Source of the DNA: a virus
DNA length: 64,000 bases
Reading direction: 5' to 3' (one strand)
IMG/VR virus record: IMGVR_UViG_3300029787_004704
Span: 43,869-107,868 of that record
Made by a program: the position numbers and the translations under genes. Positions 58,652 through 64,000 of the stretch are shown here, piece by piece (within the stretch, counting starts at the first letter, position 1; each line of letters begins with the position of its first letter). The notes beneath the pieces are model-generated. The model was given only the letters and a program-made list of their open reading frames with translations. It was not told where the DNA came from and ran no database searches.

Positions 58652-59303
58652 ACTTTTAATTGTAACAGGTCCGCAAGGATCCGGTAATCATTTATGGGCA
58701 AAGGTGTTTTCAATGCATCCATCTGTGAATGGTTGGCCCATGTTAAAAGATGAGTGGCAAGGTCATCATGAAGAGCCAATGAATGAATATTGGCAGGAAC
58801 CAAGCAAACTATCTGAACTGGAACTAGATGATCGCAACAAGTACGTCACATCTATATCATGTCCATATTTTAAAAACAAGCAACCACAAACCCCCAATTA
58901 CGCAAATTTTGTTAAGCATGCCAAACAAAAATTTGATGAAGTGAAAATGTGCGTCATAGGGCGTGACAGAGACATTTTGGAAATGCAACAAACACGAGTG
59001 CGTGGCGAACACACAACTCCCATGGCACTTGAACAGTTTAAAAATTTTGATAAAACAATGTGTGAAGGGATAGGACAATATGTAGGCATTGAGAATATGC
59101 AATATATCTCAACCGAATTGCTGTATCTATACGGAGGATCCTATCTTAAAACATTAGAAAAAAACTTAGACTTTCCTGTGGCGTGGAATCATGAAACTTT
59201 GCTAAAAGACTATATCAAAAAAAATAGCAACAGTAAGTATTTGACAAGTCCCCAAAAAGGTGACTTTGATGAACAAGTATATAAAGCTGTGAGTGAGTCG
59301 TAA
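58629..59303 (+). CDS. P-loop / sulfotransferase-like protein
   Basis: IVTGPQGSGNHL...HP. Confidence 0.5.
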   Translation: MEKENPSKLLIVTGPQGSGNHLWAKVFSMHPSVNGWPMLKDEWQGHHEEPMNEYWQEPSKLSELELDDRNKYVTSISCPYFKNKQPQTPNYANFVKHAKQKFDEVKMCVIGRDRDILEMQQTRVRGEHTTPMALEQFKNFDKTMCEGIGQYVGIENMQYISTELLYLYGGSYLKTLEKNLDFPVAWNHETLLKDYIKKNSNSKYLTSPQKGDFDEQVYKAVSES

Positions 59304-60112
59304 TGTTTGTTCATCGAGACAACATAATAAAAGGACAAAAATTAAAACTGCTATTTTCTAATTCGACTGATGTAGTAGAATGCACATATACCCTGCATGA
59401 ATCCATTATTGCTTCTAATTGGTTTAGAAAAATAAAGCATTTAAAAAATGTGCCTGTAGATCCTGTTGAATCATATATGACAGACTTATCAGATATAAAA
59501 TCGTTGTATAGACAATTTTGCGATTATGCACAAATACCAAAAGATATCAATTGGAATGTTTTGGATCAAGATGTGTTAAATCAATTGCACAGAGTATATG
59601 AGTCACATCATCCAACACTTGTTAATTTGCCTAATAATCAAGCAATGTACAAATTCCATAAGTCAATACACTATCACGAAATAGGTGGAAACCCACAGAA
59701 GATAGTTGTAGGTTGGGGCAACAAAGAAGGGCCTGTGACATATAATTTTTTATGCAATAAATTTTATGAAGATTCAGTTAAAAAAAATAATCTGTATTTG
59801 TCTTGGATTGAATTAGGTAAAAGGCCAAGTGATTATTATTTAGATGGAGAGCCTAATTCACAAGAAAGAATAAATGAGTTATGCAAACCGCATGTTACCT
59901 TTGGTGCAAACTTTTTTATAACTCATGAAGATAGGACAGGAAATTTAACGCAGGACTTTATAGATTGGTTTGATCCTTATAAAAAGGCATGGTGTAAAAA
60001 ATATGGCCTGGATGATTGGACCGCCAAAGATGAGTATAGTGCTCCTCTACTTGCAATAGCTGAACATGATAATAATCTTGAAGGATATCAATTCGAAAAG
60101 ATAATACTTTAG
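59303..60112 (+). CDS. Hypothetical protein
   Basis: 269-aa ORF coupled to the upstream gene. Confidence 0.7.
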   Translation: MFVHRDNIIKGQKLKLLFSNSTDVVECTYTLHESIIASNWFRKIKHLKNVPVDPVESYMTDLSDIKSLYRQFCDYAQIPKDINWNVLDQDVLNQLHRVYESHHPTLVNLPNNQAMYKFHKSIHYHEIGGNPQKIVVGWGNKEGPVTYNFLCNKFYEDSVKKNNLYLSWIELGKRPSDYYLDGEPNSQERINELCKPHVTFGANFFITHEDRTGNLTQDFIDWFDPYKKAWCKKYGLDDWTAKDEYSAPLLAIAEHDNNLEGYQFEKIIL

Positions 60113-60645
60113 GTACCCATTAAATGTTTTTGTCCATGGAAAAATATTCTTGCATTGTCATTTTCCATTTGTATCACATCTAATGAATATTCATAACATA
60201 AATCTTTTAGATAACTTTTGCTCCATGGAAAAAACTGTATGCCTTCAGCAACAGGATCTGAGTGGCCAATTCGCGAGCCAGGATTGAATCTTCCAAAAAA
60301 GTGTCCTTTATTTTTTAACAAACTAACTGCTTTTTTGAATTGTCTTCGCACCTTAAACTCTGTCCCAAAATTTATACTACCCAAAGCAAGTATTACATCC
60401 CATTGTTTTGTGCCACAGTTATAATTCTCAATAGATACTTTTTCATCAGCCGCAGAATTGTATGGGTCAATACCATATAAATTTGGTATTTGTTCTTTAA
60501 GTTGGTTGTAGCCACATCCAATATCTAAAACAGATTCTGGTTGTAAATCATTTATTTTTTCAATCAGTTTATAACCACTGTGTTCAAATTTGGCCCAATC
60601 TGGTTTCCATATGCCACCGAAATATTCTTTTAAATTATCTTCCAT
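60109..60645 (-). CDS. Class I SAM-dependent methyltransferase
   Basis: VLDIGCG, GIDP, DVILALGSINF. Confidence 0.8.
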   Translation of the reverse strand: MEDNLKEYFGGIWKPDWAKFEHSGYKLIEKINDLQPESVLDIGCGYNQLKEQIPNLYGIDPYNSAADEKVSIENYNCGTKQWDVILALGSINFGTEFKVRRQFKKAVSLLKNKGHFFGRFNPGSRIGHSDPVAEGIQFFPWSKSYLKDLCYEYSLDVIQMENDNARIFFHGQKHLMGT

Positions 60646-60663
60646 TTTCAGTATTTTAGCACA

Positions 60664-62427
60664 TCATCCTGCATTGTCAACAAAAGCATAAGATGTAAAA
60701 CCACCTTCTTTGGTCACTTTCAATACACTGTTTACACGTCCTTGCAGTTCATCTCTGTGTGAAATAAGATAAATGTTCTTGTGTCGCTCACGTGATATTT
60801 GTTTCAATATGCTGATTGCATTTTCTACTCCAGCTGTGTCCATGCCAGAATCAACCAACTCATCTATAAACATTGTGTTGATTCCATGATATAACATTTC
60901 CCATACATCTCTAAACGCCCAACACAAACTCAGGGTAAGTCTATTACGTTCACCTCTACTTAGATTATCAAAGTCTAAGTCTCTACCAAGTTCAGTGATT
61001 TCAACACTGAGATCTGATTGGAACACAACCTCATGCGGCAAGCCAGTTTTGTTTAGATAGTATGCCAATCTTGCATTTAAGTAAGTTAAGTTTTGATCAA
61101 TCACTTTCTTACGCACAAATGAATCTTTAGATGTCAACAGTTTGTACAAAAACTCTTGATGATCTTGCAGTTTACGTAAATTATTCATTTTATCATATGA
61201 CAACTCTTGCACTGCTGAAGTTTTTAATTCATCTATTTGATCAGCATATGGATCAGATTCTTTTGTTTTAGTTTGTAATTGTTCACCAAGATAACCAACT
61301 GTGTTTTCATGTTTATAGGCCTCTTGTGCAGTTTCATAATATGTGTTTGGTTGTACAAGATCACCTATGCCTTGTATTTTTCCAGACAGTTTTGTTTCTT
61401 GCACAACTAATTCTTCTATGTATTTTTCAAACTGTGTTTGATCATCTGTGTATTTTTTAACCAGTTCTTGATGTTTTTCATCTTCCATTGTAGCACCACA
61501 GGTTGGACAAGTGTTGTCTTCTGTGTTTGCTATGTTGGTTAATATGTCTGTAAGTTGTTTAGTTGATTGTTTTACTGCTGTCTGCACAGTGCTAAGTTCA
61601 CGTTCCCATGTTCTTTTCTTTTCATAATTTTCTCTGTAAGATTCCAACTGCTTGTGTTTTTCAATTTCTGATTGAATGTCCACTTTCATTAGTTCTTCTA
61701 ATGATTTTGTTAGTTTGTTTATTTCTTCATCTTGTGTTGTACGCCATGCACTGCTTCTTATTTTTAACGTGTCAATGGATGATTGTATTTTTTCATTGTT
61801 GCGTTCTATTGTATCCAAACGTATTTCTTCTTCTTTGATTACTTCTTTGGTTTCTTTTGTCTCTTCTTTTAAGACTTCTGCTTTTTCAGACAGCACAGTT
61901 ATTCCTAGCAGTTGTTCAATAATATCTTTTTGTTCTGCCGCTTTCAATCCAAAGAAAGGAGGTGAATATGTGTGTAGTGCAACAATATTTTGGAACATGA
62001 TGTGACTCATGCCCAATATTTTTGTTATGTCTTTTTGTGTTTCACGTGAATCACCTTGTGCTTCATCATCTGTTTCTTCCTGTCCATCTACATAAAATTT
62101 TATAACAGCAGGTTTACGTCCACGTTCAATTTTATATTGTTTGCCTTGTATTTCAAATTCACAAGACACCAACATGTTTTTTCCGTTTGTTTTGTTTACG
62201 AGATTATCTCTTTTGATGTTTGTAAGTGCATCGCCAAACAATGCAAAGGAAAGTGCATTCAGTATTGTTGTTTTGCCAGTACCATTCCTTGATCCAGCAT
62301 CATCACCACCAAGATCAATGTTTTGTCCCAATACTAATGTTAGTTCATGTCCCTCTAAATTTAGCGCCTGTGTTACATTGCCCACACTCATAAAGTTTTT
62401 TACTGTAAGTGTTTTAAGTTTGATCAT
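60664..62427 (-). CDS. Recombination endonuclease ATPase subunit (gp46/Rad50-like)
   Basis: NGTGKTT, CPTC zinc hook, LSRGE signature, FIDE, ISH. Confidence 0.95.
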   Translation of the reverse strand: MIKLKTLTVKNFMSVGNVTQALNLEGHELTLVLGQNIDLGGDDAGSRNGTGKTTILNALSFALFGDALTNIKRDNLVNKTNGKNMLVSCEFEIQGKQYKIERGRKPAVIKFYVDGQEETDDEAQGDSRETQKDITKILGMSHIMFQNIVALHTYSPPFFGLKAAEQKDIIEQLLGITVLSEKAEVLKEETKETKEVIKEEEIRLDTIERNNEKIQSSIDTLKIRSSAWRTTQDEEINKLTKSLEELMKVDIQSEIEKHKQLESYRENYEKKRTWERELSTVQTAVKQSTKQLTDILTNIANTEDNTCPTCGATMEDEKHQELVKKYTDDQTQFEKYIEELVVQETKLSGKIQGIGDLVQPNTYYETAQEAYKHENTVGYLGEQLQTKTKESDPYADQIDELKTSAVQELSYDKMNNLRKLQDHQEFLYKLLTSKDSFVRKKVIDQNLTYLNARLAYYLNKTGLPHEVVFQSDLSVEITELGRDLDFDNLSRGERNRLTLSLCWAFRDVWEMLYHGINTMFIDELVDSGMDTAGVENAISILKQISRERHKNIYLISHRDELQGRVNSVLKVTKEGGFTSYAFVDNAG

Positions 62428-63434
62428 AAATTTTTGTATATTTCAAGTAACAAATGACTGTCGTAATGTTCCGAGTCAACTGCCTGTATTTGATTATGCA
62501 CAATTTCATCGATGGATTCAAATGCTTGTGGCATCTCAGTTGAATCATACTGTGTCATGTCTCGCTGTTGTATAAAAGTCATTTCACGCAATTTGTATTG
62601 TCTTAAAAAAGTATCTTTGACAAAGTTTGAATCTTCATATGTGATGTCTGTGTCTATGTCTACTCGCACATAACTGTTTTTTTGCAGTATTGAAGAACTG
62701 TGTAACAGTTCACTTAGTTTTGCTGTTTGATACTTTGGACAATCGGGCCAATCATGATACAAAGGATCACCGCCAAATTCCAGCTCCATGTAACCTCTAG
62801 CATAATCATTTGCATCTGAATAATTGTGTGGAAACGCATTACCAATATAATGGATGTTGCCCTTGACTTGGCGTTTGTGGAAGTGTCCTGAAAACACGTA
62901 TCCATGATGTTGCAAGTGTTCTGCTCTCAGTTCATTGGTGTCGGGCATTGATATCATTGCGTTCATAAGGAAGTAAGGCAACTCAAAGTGACCAAACACG
63001 TACGGCAGAGATTTGGCCTCTTTGAGTTCCTTCCATTCATCTCCGACTAACCAAGGGATAAACGCACAGTCCTCTTTTATCAACGGTTCATGAATAATTT
63101 GTAAGTTGGGAATATTTTTTGCCCATTCAACTGAATTGACTGCTCTTGAATCTTTGAAGTACAAGTCATGATTACCCAGTATGAAAAAACTTTGTTCAAA
63201 TGCATTGGCAAGTTTTTCTAATGCACGTAATGAATATCCTAATGTGTCTATGTTAATGGTGGCTCTGTGATGATGCCAATCGCCCATGAATATAAATGTT
63301 TCACAGTTGCGTGATTGTGCGTCTTTGATAAACCAATCCACAAATCGATCACAGTCTTGATTAAACTGTCTAGAGTTACCTTTGTTGCCAAAGTGTATGT
63401 CAGTGAAAACGGCCGCACGTTTAAAAGTCTGCAT
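62424..63434 (-). CDS. Recombination endonuclease subunit (gp47/Mre11-like)
   Basis: DIHFG, GDW, GNHD, GHFE, SGHFH. Confidence 0.95.
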   Translation of the reverse strand: MQTFKRAAVFTDIHFGNKGNSRQFNQDCDRFVDWFIKDAQSRNCETFIFMGDWHHHRATINIDTLGYSLRALEKLANAFEQSFFILGNHDLYFKDSRAVNSVEWAKNIPNLQIIHEPLIKEDCAFIPWLVGDEWKELKEAKSLPYVFGHFELPYFLMNAMISMPDTNELRAEHLQHHGYVFSGHFHKRQVKGNIHYIGNAFPHNYSDANDYARGYMELEFGGDPLYHDWPDCPKYQTAKLSELLHSSSILQKNSYVRVDIDTDITYEDSNFVKDTFLRQYKLREMTFIQQRDMTQYDSTEMPQAFESIDEIVHNQIQAVDSEHYDSHLLLEIYKNL

Positions 63435-63467
63435 ATGTGTAAGTTTACTGTAAATTAAAAAACAAGT

Positions 63468-64000
63468 CTACTTTTTTTTAATGAATTGTTTATCTTCTTG
63501 TGCCTGTAATTCTTTAATGGTTAGTTCGTGTTCTATCTGCCTGGTGTGTGATGGCATCATACCACTTTCTTGCAGTAAGTCATCACGCAATGCCTGATTT
63601 TTCTTTTCTACATTTAATATTCTAGTAAATGAATTTGTAATAGCCGCTGTGTAATATGCAAAAGGATTTTCCGACTTTGATTCATCAAACTGTAAACCAA
63701 TCTGTGACAGTTGCATCAGTGCCTGTCCTTGCATTTCATCATTGTATGTGTAACCACGCCAGTTGCCTCTTGTGCCATATCTTTGCACCAGCAACAAAAA
63801 CATCTTAGCAAGTTTAGGAGTCATTGCTCCATGATCCACAGAAAAATGTCCGTTTGCCATACCGCCCTTCCAATGTGACTTGCCTACACATCTAAGTTTT
63901 TCTTTAGCATCAAATCTGTAATGCTGGAACGGAGGAAAATTACACTTAACCTTTGATTCTGCTATTGTTTTTGGTTTAGCTTTCCTGTTTGAATTTGGCA
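63468..64000 (-). CDS. Late-transcription sigma factor (gp55-like), 5' end beyond the window
   Basis: NWRGYTYNDEM, FDESKSENPFAYYT...F..I..EKK; frame stays open from 63860 to the window edge; canonical position upstream of gp47. Confidence 0.88.
   Translation of the reverse strand, partial: PNSNRKAKPKTIAESKVKCNFPPFQHYRFDAKEKLRCVGKSHWKGGMANGHFSVDHGAMTPKLAKMFLLLVQRYGTRGNWRGYTYNDEMQGQALMQLSQIGLQFDESKSENPFAYYTAAITNSFTRILNVEKKNQALRDDLLQESGMMPSHTRQIEHELTIKELQAQEDKQFIKKK

Noticed and set aside
1-64000. Alternative genetic code, inteins or introns in core genes
   Set aside because: Core genes translate full length in the standard code with expected motif spacing; all three stop codons are used as stops

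Overview
A 64-kb, AT-rich segment of a large T4-superfamily myophage, probably aquatic and only distantly related to T4. It holds most of the morphogenesis genes: portal gp20, prohead core/protease/scaffold gp21-22, major capsid gp23, neck gp13/14, gp15, sheath gp18, tube gp19, gp4, terminase gp16/17, gp26, a tape-measure-like protein and two repetitive fibre proteins (802 and 3015 aa). It also holds replication/recombination genes (gp32, uvsX, uvsY, gp46, gp47, dNMP kinase) and the late sigma gp55. A ~15-kb accessory island between uvsY and gp46 encodes glycosyltransferases, a DegT aminotransferase, radical SAM, 2OG-Fe(II) oxygenases, an AsnB-like amidotransferase, an NTP-transferase, a HAD phosphatase, DeoD, a DUR3-like symporter and a methyltransferase. 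The most notable observations are: (1) a recurrent D-S-[S/T] motif in exterior virion proteins alongside many glycosyltransferases, a candidate phage virion O-glycosylation system; (2) a T-TTT-TTC -1 frameshift site fusing gp26 to an otherwise start-less downstream ORF next to the tape-measure gene; (3) a ~330-nt intergenic, pseudoknot-capable structured RNA candidate; (4) a Bpt/ATE1-like aminoacyl-tRNA-protein transferase; (5) strong avoidance of GCWGC except where it overlaps AGCT; (6) widespread leaderless late genes with TAAATA just before the ATG. All calls come from motif recognition by eye, and no database searches were run.
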